63,514 nucleotides of DNA from an uncultured Rikenellaceae bacterium (GTDB taxonomy: Bacteria; Bacteroidota; Bacteroidia; Bacteroidales; VadinHA17): assembly GCA_964611835.1 (NCBI GenBank), contig CAZTDW010000004.1, positions 1 to 63,514 on the forward strand, given 5' to 3'. The notes below the pieces were generated by a model. It had not been told where the DNA came from and did no database searches. It saw only the letters and a list, made by a program, of their open reading frames with translations. This document shows positions 48,100 through 57,526 of the stretch, one piece after another (within the stretch, counting starts at the first letter, position 1; each line of letters opens with the position of its first letter). The translations under genes were made by a program, and so were the position numbers.

Positions 48100-49872
48100 T
48101 TATTTCATATAGATCTGGGAAATGAGGCTTTTATATTTATCATGGATGAATTGCCTCTTTAGCTTTAAGGTTGGAGACAATTCTCCTGTGGCAGGCGTCC
48201 ATTCGTCCTTAACGAGTCTGAACCTGTTCAATCTTTCAGGAGGACTCAGCTTCTTATTCAGAGTTTCAATTTCTGAAGAAAAGAAAGACTGCACCATTGG
48301 CTCACTTATAAGTTCATCATTGTCGGAGAATGAGATTTTCTTTGATTTCTTCCAGTCATCGAAATATTTAAAATTTGGAGATATTAATGCGCTTGCAAAC
48401 TTTTGGTGCTCACCGATCACCATTATCTGGTCTATAATTGGTGATTCCTTAAAAATAGTTTCAATCATCTGGGGTGCAATAAACTTACCATTTGAGAGTT
48501 TGAATATCTCCTTTTTCCTGTCGGTGACCATAAGAAATTTTCCGTCCTCAATATGTCCTATATCTCCTGTGCGGAACCACCCGTCATTATCAAAGGCCAG
48601 TCTCGTAAGTTCAGGATCCTTGTAGTACCCGGGTGTTACATTTGGGCCTTTACACAGTATTTCTCCGTCATCGGCTATCTTTATTTGCACGCCTTCAATA
48701 ACAGTGCCCACCGAGCCAAGCAAGACATTCCCTTTCTCCGTCCGGTTAATTGTAATGATCGGAGAGGTTTCGGTAAGGCCGTACATATTTATTATTTTAA
48801 TCCCTGCTGCCCAGAATATCCTTTCGAGCCTTGGCTGAAGGCTGGCTCCTCCGCACCCTGCTATTCTGACATTTCCACCCAGCGCCTGGCGCCATTTGGA
48901 GAATATCAGCCTGTCTGCAATATTTAGTTTTATTCCGTACAGCCATCCGTTTTCACCAAAGGGTTTAAACTTCAGTCCCAGATCAACGGCCCAGAAAAAT
49001 ATTCTTTTCTTCATCCCCTCAAGCTTATTGCCTTTTGAAATAATGACCTCATAAAATTTTTCAAGGACCCTTGGCACAGCATCAAAACCATCCGGTTTTA
49101 TTTCAGCCATGTTTGCGGCTATCGATGCCATGTTTTCGGCATAATATATACTCGTTCCGCTGTACTGGGTCTGATAGTTCCCCAGCCTTCCGCCTACATG
49201 GCATAAAGGCAGAATGCTGAGGTATTTATCTTCAGGTTTCAGATTGAAGACATTTGCGGCCGCCAGGAAATTGCTCACCATATTCCTGTGAGTAAGTATT
49301 ACGCCTTTGGCTCTGCCTGTTGTTCCGGATGTATAGATGAGGGACGCAAAATCGTCAGGACTGATTGTTCTTTTAATATCTTCTACAGCCTGCCTGTACT
49401 TCATGGCGTTCCGCTTTCCGGCTTCAAAAATTTCCTTCCAGTTTTTCACTCCGTCGATATTATCGAAGGAATAAATCTGAACAGGCTGACCTGATGCTGT
49501 GACTGCAATATTCACAACTTTATGCAGCTTCTTATCAGATACAATTATGAGTTTCGCCTCGCTGTGTTTGATAATATATTGATAATCATCTACACTAAGT
49601 GATGTAAAGACCGGGACGTGAATCGCTCCGATAAGTGACATTCCCATGTCGACAAAGTTCCATTCGGAGCGATTGTTCGATACAGTTATTATCTTTTCAC
49701 CTTTCTTTATGCCCAGGTCAAGGAGGCCGTAGCTGAAATTATATGAGTAATCAATATAATCTTTTGAACTGTATTTTACCCATATGCCATTGGATTTGGT
49801 GCAGAGGGCATCTTCCTTAATAAAATTGTCCCTGTACCTGTCAAGAAGTTCAAACGTCCGATCCATATTCAT
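48100..49872 (-). CDS. Long-chain acyl-CoA synthetase (AMP-dependent synthetase/ligase)
   Basis: YTSGTTGRAKGVILTHRN, MYGLTET and TGDIGHIEDGKFLMVTDRKKE. 590 aa. Confidence 0.85.
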   Translation of the reverse strand: MNMDRTFELLDRYRDNFIKEDALCTKSNGIWVKYSSKDYIDYSYNFSYGLLDLGIKKGEKIITVSNNRSEWNFVDMGMSLIGAIHVPVFTSLSVDDYQYIIKHSEAKLIIVSDKKLHKVVNIAVTASGQPVQIYSFDNIDGVKNWKEIFEAGKRNAMKYRQAVEDIKRTISPDDFASLIYTSGTTGRAKGVILTHRNMVSNFLAAANVFNLKPEDKYLSILPLCHVGGRLGNYQTQYSGTSIYYAENMASIAANMAEIKPDGFDAVPRVLEKFYEVIISKGNKLEGMKKRIFFWAVDLGLKFKPFGENGWLYGIKLNIADRLIFSKWRQALGGNVRIAGCGGASLQPRLERIFWAAGIKIINMYGLTETSPIITINRTEKGNVLLGSVGTVIEGVQIKIADDGEILCKGPNVTPGYYKDPELTRLAFDNDGWFRTGDIGHIEDGKFLMVTDRKKEIFKLSNGKFIAPQMIETIFKESPIIDQIMVIGEHQKFASALISPNFKYFDDWKKSKKISFSDNDELISEPMVQSFFSSEIETLNKKLSPPERLNRFRLVKDEWTPATGELSPTLKLKRQFIHDKYKSLISQIYMK

Positions 49873-50184
49873 TTTATTATATTTTCCGTAAAAATATAAA
49901 ATGGATGAATATTAAAAAGAAAAAGGCCTTCTGGTATTCAATCATTAATTCAGGTCAAAGACCAGTGACCCTGACCACCTCACGCCATTATAAGTTGACC
50001 ACTTTAAGCCAGACTTATTATCATGAGCGACAGATAAACATAGAAATATTGGTTTTCCGCCGAAAGGTGGTCAAGGTGACCGGCTTATGCCATTCTGATG
50101 ATTTTCATTACTTCTTTCAATTCTGGCTTGAACAATTCCCTGATTTATTTTGTTATAATGTTACGGTGGTTAAAACCTCATGTC

Positions 50185-50616
50185 ATGGAATCATCTGCAG
50201 AACAAATCATTACAGTTGAGACAGATATAAATGCTTCAGTTGAAAAAGTCTGGGATTTCCTGACCAATCCTGAGCACATCATAAGGTGGAACAATGCATC
50301 AGATGACTGGCACACACCACACGCGGAAAACGATCTGAGAATTGGCGGCAGGTTCCTTTCAAGAATGGAAGCAAGAGATGGAAGTAATGGCTTTGACTTC
50401 ACAGGCATATACACGGATGTTAAACCATTCAAACAATTAGACTATACTTTGGATGACGGCAGAAAGGTGAAGGTATCATTTGTTTCAAAGGGTGATATCA
50501 CAACTGTCAGGGAAGCATTTGAAGCCGAAAATGTTTATCCGCATGAAATGCAGCAAAAGGGATGGCAGGCCATACTTGATAACTTTAAAAAGTATGTCGA
50601 AATGTCCGGCAGGTAA
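50185..50616 (+). CDS. SRPBCC / AHSA1-like domain protein
   Basis: INASVEKVWDFLTNPEHIIRWN is typical of the Aha1/BPI-fold SRPBCC family. The start is placed at MESSAEQ (50185). Confidence 0.7.
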   Translation: MESSAEQIITVETDINASVEKVWDFLTNPEHIIRWNNASDDWHTPHAENDLRIGGRFLSRMEARDGSNGFDFTGIYTDVKPFKQLDYTLDDGRKVKVSFVSKGDITTVREAFEAENVYPHEMQQKGWQAILDNFKKYVEMSGR

Positions 50617-50677
50617 AAAGCCCTTTAATTACTGAAGTCAATTTGTGAAGAGTAATAATTTTAAATCCTTATATATT

Positions 50678-51118
50678 ATGGCACAGGTAAGCACGTATCT
50701 GAACTTCCGTCGTGAAACGGAGGAAGCGTTTAATTTCTACAGATCTGTTTTCGGTGGAGAATTTCAGGGATCAGTGTCCCGTTTCCGGGATATACCGCCA
50801 ACAGAAGGCATGCCTCCCCTGCCTGAAGAAGACAGGGACCTGGTTATGAATATTGCACTGCCGATCCTGGGCGGACATCTGTTAATGGGGACCGATGCTC
50901 CGGAGTCGATGGGCTTCAGGGTCAATTTCGGGAATAATGTTTATATCACGTTGCATCCGGATACAAGGGAGGAAACGAAGCGCTTATTCAATAAACTCTC
51001 GGAAGGAGGGACCATAGAGCAGGAACTGCAGGATATGTTCTGGGGAGATTATTACGGCAGTCTCAGGGACAAGTTTGGTGTTCAATGGATGTTCAACTGT
51101 TCAGAAAAGGGCAAATAA
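50678..51118 (+). CDS. VOC/glyoxalase-superfamily protein (PhnB-like)
   Basis: YLNFRRETEEAFNFYRSVFGGEF...FWGDYYGSLRDKFGVQWMFN is typical of the family. The start is placed at MAQVSTY (50678). Confidence 0.7.
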   Translation: MAQVSTYLNFRRETEEAFNFYRSVFGGEFQGSVSRFRDIPPTEGMPPLPEEDRDLVMNIALPILGGHLLMGTDAPESMGFRVNFGNNVYITLHPDTREETKRLFNKLSEGGTIEQELQDMFWGDYYGSLRDKFGVQWMFNCSEKGK

Positions 51119-51436
51119 GAATACTGGCGTACAGCTAAACCTATTAGACCCTTCTGTTATCATTTAGGATTAGTTGGGAATTACAACTAACCCTTTCAAT
51201 GAAATTTATTCTTTTTTGACCACTTCGAAAAAAGGTGTGATACTATAAAGGCCGTTTATGAAACAATCTTCTTATACAGTATTTCCATTTTAATCCGTCC
51301 CTTCATAAAGCTTCTGCCTGGTGTAGCCGTAGTTGACCTTCGGCCGACGAAGGTGGCTTGCGGAAAGGTCAGGTGAAGGAGAAATCGGGGAATGGGAGAA
51401 GAGGAGAACGGGAGAGTGGTAAAGGGGGAGAATGGA

Positions 51437-51940
51437 TTATTTGTATTCCACCCCGGTAATTTTAAAAACAGTGTCGTTCCCGGCTCTTTTCAGAACAACC
51501 TTATCCCCCGGTTTCTTATTTATCAACAGTCTGGCCAGCGGTGAGAGAAAGGAGATTTTTCCCCTGGATATGTCTGCTTCATCAACTCCCGTTATCTGGA
51601 AAGTCTGGATTTTTCCCGATGGTTCTGTTTCAAGGCTTACCGATGCTCCGAACCTTATTTCATTTTTTGGCTGGTCATCCGGGTTTACAATTCTTGCTTC
51701 GGCAATCCTGTTGTTCAGGAGTTGTAATTTTGCATTGATGAAATTCAATGCAATTCGTTTCTCATTCTCGCTGGCACTGCCCAGGGTGTCTTTCTCTGAA
51801 ATCAGTAATTGTTTTTCTTCCAGGAGCTGCTCCATACCCGATGGAGTAACAAAATTCGGGATCCCTTCCGGTAAAAAGGGCCGCTGCGGCACTATTGGAA
51901 TTTCTTCCTGATCACCTTCCCTGACAAATCCTCTGCTCAT
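51437..51940 (-). CDS. GreA/GreB-family elongation-factor-like protein
   Basis: N-terminus MSRGFVREGDQEE, a central coiled coil, and a C-terminal FKBP-like GDKVVLKRAG...ITGVEY. Confidence 0.65.
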   Translation of the reverse strand: MSRGFVREGDQEEIPIVPQRPFLPEGIPNFVTPSGMEQLLEEKQLLISEKDTLGSASENEKRIALNFINAKLQLLNNRIAEARIVNPDDQPKNEIRFGASVSLETEPSGKIQTFQITGVDEADISRGKISFLSPLARLLINKKPGDKVVLKRAGNDTVFKITGVEYK

Positions 51941-52245
51941 TATCTTAGTACTGTTTCAATCAGAACATGAAACCCACGTGTTCCTTAGAACACAAAAAGG
52001 AATGAAAATAATTCTCAAACATGCGGGTTCCATGTGACCTTTAAGATCAAAATAATTTACACATGAAATTAAATTAAAAAATTGAAATCTGAACTGAGAA
52101 AAGAAGTGCGCTAAAGTGCCTGGATTATTCAGAGCTGAAAGCCGTTATCCGCAAAGGCTGCAAAGGAGACGAAGAAAGCGCAAAAGGGAAGAAGTTTAAG
52201 AATCAGAATGGATTGAAAGTAATAAACTCTGAATTTTAAAATTCT

Positions 52246-52605
52246 TCATTTTTGTTTTTTTGATCCTGCTCTGTGAAGAAGAACAGTAGTTTCATCGATG
52301 GTAACTATATGTCCTTTCCCTGACTTCTCAAAACAGCTTTGAACAGAGTCGAAGAATGCATTTATTCTCTCCGGAGTATCGATAATTTCAACTATTAATG
52401 GAATCTTCTCTCCGATTTCCCAGAGCTTGTCGGAATAAATTTCACTGCTTGATCCGAATCCCATAATTCCTTTAAGTACCGTAGCTCCAGCAATGCCCGA
52501 TTTCTTTGCTGTAAAAACAATATGTTCATAAAGCGGTATATGACCGAATTTATCAGTTGAACTGATGTAAATACGTAGTCGTTTAGCCTTTTCTTTTTGA
52601 TTCAT
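52246..52605 (-). CDS. DUF190 (PII-like) protein, CrcB-associated
   Basis: 119 aa. RLRIYISSTDKFGHIPLYEHIV...GATVLKGIMGFG. Its start overlaps the crcB stop (ATGA overlap). Confidence 0.7.
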   Translation of the reverse strand: MNQKEKAKRLRIYISSTDKFGHIPLYEHIVFTAKKSGIAGATVLKGIMGFGSSSEIYSDKLWEIGEKIPLIVEIIDTPERINAFFDSVQSCFEKSGKGHIVTIDETTVLLHRAGSKKQK

Positions 52606-52979
52606 AATAACTTAATTATTATCATACCAAGTAATGTTGCAGCAATACCAAGGAAGACGCTGAATGTTGTATAAAGTAAGAAATAGAAGTATGCACCATC
52701 TCTCAGCAAACCAAGGCTTTCACCTGAAAAGGTCGAAAAAGTGGTGTATCCTCCGCAGAAACCAATTGCAAGGAACATTTTCCATATCGGACTCAGAAGA
52801 TCGTTCTTCTCCGAAATCCCATAAATAACCCCCAGCAGAAAACATCCGCTTATATTGACCAGGAATGTACCAAGAGGAAAAATGCTAATAAAGCTGTTCT
52901 GAATAAATCTTGAGGTTAGGAAACGTGCAACACTCCCCAGGAAACCGCCCAATCCAATTGCCAATATCGTCTTGATCAT
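52602..52979 (-). CDS. crcB: Fluoride ion channel CrcB/FluC
   Basis: 125 aa, 4 TM helices. Motifs GGFLGSVARF and GFCGGYTTFSTF. Confidence 0.9.
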   Translation of the reverse strand: MIKTILAIGLGGFLGSVARFLTSRFIQNSFISIFPLGTFLVNISGCFLLGVIYGISEKNDLLSPIWKMFLAIGFCGGYTTFSTFSGESLGLLRDGAYFYFLLYTTFSVFLGIAATLLGMIIIKLL

Positions 52980-53273
52980 ATATCAATTTTATTTCACAAG
53001 GTAATGTTTTTCCTATATTATAAGCTATATTCTCTGCCTGTTGCTTTCCTGGTCAGCCCTAATTTGCTGAATCCATCTCTGAAGCTAAGGAATCCGGATA
53101 AAGCTTTGGCGGACAATCTACCCGGAACGGACAAAAGTTGCAACCATGATGCTATTAGAAATACTTATTAGGAAATTCTGTTTGGGTTTAGTAAACTATT
53201 GAATTCATTTTTTAGATTTGTATGAAATGACAGGGCAGCGTATTCATTCCTGCTCACTGCAACTTTAAATTTT

Positions 53274-54641
53274 ATGGCAAAGAAAAAAGCCGAAATTGTA
53301 TCCCGGGCGTCAGATTCATTACAATCACTGAAACCATTGAGTCGTAATCCACTCCTGACCCGGCGTGAAATGATCGGGATAACGGGCATGGCCGGTCTGG
53401 CAGCTTTGACCGGCATTGCAGCCGGTACTGTTCCGCAGGCTGCACAAAAAAGGCCTCGTATCGCCTGTCTCGTTACCTTCTGGGGTGCTCCGGGATCACA
53501 TGCTGACTGGATCATAACCAAGCTGCTGGACGGCTATTGGTGGCAGGGCGCCCACACTTCTTCGCGGGTGGACGTCGTGTCCGTTTACATCCATCAGTTT
53601 GACACAAGTGAACTGGGTCAGAAAATATGCAAATCGAAAGGCATTCCGATCTTTAAGACAGTTGAAGAAGCCGTCACTCTTGGGGGTAATGAACTTACTG
53701 TGGATGGTGTTGTTATAGTCGGAGAACACGGGAATTATCCAACCGACCTCCAGGGGCACTGGCTTCTGCCGCGCTGGTGGATGTACCAGCAGGTTATCCG
53801 TGTTTTCGAGAAAAGCAAACGCTCGGTGCCGGTCTTTAACGATAAGCACTTATCCTACAACTGGAACGAAGCCAGATGGATGTTTGACAAGTCCCGTGAG
53901 ATGGGCTTTCCTTTGACCGGGGGTTCCTCCATACCGTACTATTTCCGAAAGCCAGAGATAGAGCTCGATATCGACACGCCAATAAAGAACTCGATCGTAG
54001 TTGGGGGTGCTTCAGATGAGGGAGCCATTTTTCACTGTGTTGATGTGCTCCAGGCCTTTACAGAACGCCGCAAGGGCGGTGAAACAGGTGTGAAGTCTGT
54101 GCAGTCAATCCGGGGACCTGAAACATCGAAGTGGATCGAACGCAATACGTGGGCAGGCGGACTGCTTGATTCAGTGGAGAAGAGCTTTGACCTGAAGCAG
54201 GGAATATTTCAGGAGAATCCCCGGGCAAATGTCTGTATTGTGGAGTATAATGATGGAACGAAAGCGGCTGTAATTTCGGGCAGAGGTGTGGGCTGGACCT
54301 ATGCCGGCGAAATCAAAGGCCAGAAAGAGCCGGCGATCATCTCCATGCTTGGATGGCCCGGTCCGTATTCACAGTACCACGCCTCAAACGCTCAGCCGCA
54401 CTGGATTACCGAAATGATGGTGACCGGGAAGGAACCATACAATGCGGAGCGACTGCTTCTGTCTACCGGGATTGTGAACCACTACATGGAATCAAACTGG
54501 GAGAACGGCCGTTACTCTCCCGCAGGCCGACGTATTGAGACACCGTTCATGAACATAACCTACCGCCCTACACACGGACCGATGTTTGAGAAAGGGGAGC
54601 GCCCGCCTGATGTTCCATACATTCGAGGTTTTGAAAAATAG
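53274..54641 (+). CDS. TAT-signal exported protein of unknown function (distant Gfo/Idh/MocA-like N-terminus?)
   Basis: The twin-arginine region TRREMIGITGMAGLAALTG is followed by an alpha/beta-like segment ...TVEEAV...VDGVVIVGEHG without a GxGxxG motif. Confidence 0.5.
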   Translation: MAKKKAEIVSRASDSLQSLKPLSRNPLLTRREMIGITGMAGLAALTGIAAGTVPQAAQKRPRIACLVTFWGAPGSHADWIITKLLDGYWWQGAHTSSRVDVVSVYIHQFDTSELGQKICKSKGIPIFKTVEEAVTLGGNELTVDGVVIVGEHGNYPTDLQGHWLLPRWWMYQQVIRVFEKSKRSVPVFNDKHLSYNWNEARWMFDKSREMGFPLTGGSSIPYYFRKPEIELDIDTPIKNSIVVGGASDEGAIFHCVDVLQAFTERRKGGETGVKSVQSIRGPETSKWIERNTWAGGLLDSVEKSFDLKQGIFQENPRANVCIVEYNDGTKAAVISGRGVGWTYAGEIKGQKEPAIISMLGWPGPYSQYHASNAQPHWITEMMVTGKEPYNAERLLLSTGIVNHYMESNWENGRYSPAGRRIETPFMNITYRPTHGPMFEKGERPPDVPYIRGFEK

Positions 54642-54676
54642 CCGGTGAACGAATAACCCATTAAACTATTAAACCA

Positions 54677-55912
54677 ATGAAACGCCGGGATGTTATTAAA
54701 AGCTTAACACTCCTGCCTATAGCGGGAAGTGTCCTTCCAATAAAATCCATGTTATCCGCCCCTGTTGCCGGATACAATCTTCCTCTGACTCATCAGGGTA
54801 AACCGATGCCTGATCTGCATCGCAAAGCATTTGTGATGGACGGACATGTGCATGTAATGACCCGTGAGCTGTTGATGAAAACCGATATAGGCCAGCGTTA
54901 TACGGATGGAACCGTTGATCTGCCAAGGGCTAAGGAAGGTGGCCTGGACGCGATGTTCTTCTCGGTTTATACTCCTGAACACTATTATCCCGGAAGGTTC
55001 GAGACAAAAAACACATTTCGTGTGGTGAACCTTGCATTGGACCAGATCGAAAAAAACCATTCGATCATCGAGCTGGCTCTTACAGCCTCTGATATAGAAC
55101 GAATAAATAAGAAAGGTAAAATAGCTGCTTTTCTGGATCTGGAAGGTGGTTATGACCTTGACGGCGATCTTAACCTGCTCCGTGCGCTTCATCGCTTAGG
55201 GCTCAGATCGATGCAGCTTTCAGCGCATAATACTTCCACTGCTTTTATTGACGCATGCTGTGATGTAAGCCATTGGGGAGGCATTAACGACCTCGGAAAA
55301 GAGATCATAGCCGAAATGAATAGCCTTGGAATGGTAATAAATATTGCCCATGCATCTAATGAGGCCATTCTTCAAACTGCCAAAGCAAGTAAACATCCTG
55401 TCGTCTACAGTCATGGAGGGTTTTACAACATTGTTGATCATCCCCGTTGTATTACCGACGAAGCTGCAAAAGCTGTAGCATCTAAAGGCGGTGTGATTGG
55501 CATTCAGTTCGGAAGCCTGTTTAACAATCCAAAATACTATGCATGGCAGAACTCCCAGCCTTCCGCCAAAGCGACAATACCTGATGCGACCACAATTGAA
55601 GAAGCAGACAGGCAACTTTCTCAGGAGGTTCCGCTAAATTTCAGGGGAACCATCCCTGATGAGTACTGGATGCATGTGGATCAGCTGGCCAGGGTGATCG
55701 ACTATGGCGTAAAATTAGTCGGAGAGGACCATATAGCTCTGGGGTCCGATTTTGATGGCGGCCCCGAACTTCCGCGTGAAATTAAAGATATCAGCGATTA
55801 TCCGCAGATGACCATGGCGATGCAAAAGCTGGGTTACAGTGATCAGCGGATCGAAAAAATCCTTGGCTTAAACTGGCTGCGTGTGATTCGGCAGGTAACT
55901 GAGGGGAAATGA
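54677..55912 (+). CDS. Membrane dipeptidase (peptidase family M19)
   Basis: Signal peptide. MDGHVHV, AHASNEA, YSHGG and ALGSDFDGG match the M19 metal-ligand pattern. Confidence 0.8.
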   Translation: MKRRDVIKSLTLLPIAGSVLPIKSMLSAPVAGYNLPLTHQGKPMPDLHRKAFVMDGHVHVMTRELLMKTDIGQRYTDGTVDLPRAKEGGLDAMFFSVYTPEHYYPGRFETKNTFRVVNLALDQIEKNHSIIELALTASDIERINKKGKIAAFLDLEGGYDLDGDLNLLRALHRLGLRSMQLSAHNTSTAFIDACCDVSHWGGINDLGKEIIAEMNSLGMVINIAHASNEAILQTAKASKHPVVYSHGGFYNIVDHPRCITDEAAKAVASKGGVIGIQFGSLFNNPKYYAWQNSQPSAKATIPDATTIEEADRQLSQEVPLNFRGTIPDEYWMHVDQLARVIDYGVKLVGEDHIALGSDFDGGPELPREIKDISDYPQMTMAMQKLGYSDQRIEKILGLNWLRVIRQVTEGK

Positions 55913-56000
55913 GAGATATCTGGTTTTCCCCAGAGAGGAAAATCCGGCGTTTGTCGGAATTTCTAATTATTTTATTATTACGACAGGTGGATTAAATAAT

Positions 56001-56623
56001 TCAATTATTCTTTTGACTGGCATTAGCTTTTTTTGCTGCCTCGAGATGAAGATGTACTCCATGATTATAGACAGGCCTTAAGTCCCAGCTTTTTTGAAGT
56101 GACTCCATTGCTTCTTTATACATTCCCTGTTTATGTAATCCCCATGCTTTAGTATCAAGCATATAATCAACATCAGGACTTAATTCCAGTGCTTTATCAT
56201 ATTGGTCTAATTTCAGGTATTCAGATCCCAAAAGGCCATAGACAGTTGCACGGTCACCATGAGATTGAAAATCCTACCGAATTGCTGATCACGCGAAATT
56301 CCTATTTTTAAAGCCGATATTACAAGAAAGTTCTTTATCCTCCTATTAAGTGTATCAATGTTCGGGGAAACCATTTACTCGTCAGCGGGATATTCTATTT
56401 CAAAGGCTTTCAGGGCTTCTTTTGTTTTTGTATCTATTAATACTGCATTTACATGCATTTTTGGTCCTGCTTGTTTAATACTGCCATAGATAAGTACATC
56501 TGATTCCAGTTTTTTAGAAACTGTACCTGCAATAAATGGTGTCATAGAAGCATAATTAGTCAATCCCTGGCTCTTAATCAGGGAATTGAAATCATTTTTG
56601 AAGCATGGCGGAAACCTATACAT
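56001..56623 (-). pseudogene. Decayed remnant of a TolB-N-like/TPR sensor paralog (no TIR domain, no TM helix, most TPRs deleted)
   Basis: ORF 56375-56623 (…DVLIYGSIKQAGPKMHVNAVLIDTKTKEAL) resembles ETYISGSFQGTGGRYRILSKLVDTKTGDIV of paralog 1. ORF 56001-56231 is a TPR tail ending ...QKNN, the same ending as paralog 1. Only about 140 nt separate the two pieces. Confidence 0.5.
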
Positions 56624-56925
56624 AATTGAGCCTAAATTTCATGTTCCATTAAAATCATTCGAATCGATGATTGCCCAGGCGGAACACACTGGATTTAAAA
56701 TTATTGAAAGACCAAAAGTAATTTTTAGCCGCGCAATATTGTTAAAATCAGATATCCCGGAATAAATGATGATTTTGCCATACGGCAAAAAATTATGTGT
56801 GTCTTTATTACAAGTTTCGACCTTCCCGGATTCCTCAAAAGGAGGACAGATATCAATAAAATTTAGGAACCCCCAAATCAGCAATTTCAGATGTATCCAT
56901 GTTAAGATGTAGTGATTAAAATTAC

Positions 56926-56954
56926 TTGACATTGGCTTTTTGATTGTGTAACTT
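56926..56954 (+). promoter_or_regulatory. Conserved promoter-like motif, copy 7
   Basis: TTACTTGACATTGGCTTTTTGATTGTGTAACTTAC. Lies 26 nt upstream of the 56980 start. Confidence 0.5.
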
Positions 56955-56979
56955 ACACAATAACTTAACCTGTTTCAAC

Positions 56980-57375
56980 ATGAAAACATCTACAAAAGTA
57001 ATTCAATGGATTCCGAGGATTCTGTGCATAATGGCTATTCTTTTTATTAGTTTATTTGCGCTGGATTCTATTTCATCTGAACGCACATTCTGGCAAAATA
57101 CAGGGGCTTTTCTGATGCACCTTATACCTTCATTTGTTTTGCTTGCCATACTTATTGTTGCCTGGAAATGGGAAAATATTGGTGGAATTATTCTCATAAT
57201 TGCTACGGTAGCTTTTAGTATTTTCGTTTTCAACATTAATTACAATCAAAGACATTTTACACTGCAGCAAAGCCTCATAAATGTTTTAATATTATGTTTA
57301 CCGTTTGCTATTGCCGGCATTTTGTTTATCATAAGTCACATCAGGAAGAAAAAAGAAGTCACCAATGTCCAGTAG
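56980..57375 (+). CDS. Hypothetical 4-TM membrane protein
   Basis: Four hydrophobic helices. The start is placed at MKTSTKV (56980). Confidence 0.5.
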   Translation: MKTSTKVIQWIPRILCIMAILFISLFALDSISSERTFWQNTGAFLMHLIPSFVLLAILIVAWKWENIGGIILIIATVAFSIFVFNINYNQRHFTLQQSLINVLILCLPFAIAGILFIISHIRKKKEVTNVQ

Positions 57376-57526
57376 ACGTTTAATTACTCTTGGAACGTAT
57401 CTCAAGGGTTTCTTAAGTATATTGGGAAATCCGGTGTGTGTGAACACTCTATGCAAAAACCGGTGAACCTGACCATTTCATTCTGTGGTAAACTGACCAC
57501 GCAAATGCCGGACTTAATATCATGAT

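Noticed and set aside
52980-53273. Fluoride (crcB-motif) riboswitch expected upstream of crcB
   Set aside because: I read the minus strand of the 294-nt leader. It contains AGAGATGGATTCAGC and GGGCTGACC fragments. The ordered elements of the consensus are not present: a P1 stem around GAUGG, then AAxCGCC, then CUGAUGAxxCCUAC with a pseudoknot partner. An Infernal scan with RF01734 would settle it, and I do not claim the feature.
11672-55615. Numerous 60-170-aa ORFs in the track lying antisense to, or out of frame within, longer family-assignable genes
   Set aside because: Examples are 11672-12001, 14278-14902, 17493-17999, 25708-26175, 34347-34709, 47065-47523, 48122-48927, 51432-51911, 53168-53849, 54752-55192 and 55220-55615. 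Each is fully embedded in a stronger ORF with recognisable motifs. Their translations are low-complexity or compositionally odd and match no recognisable family.
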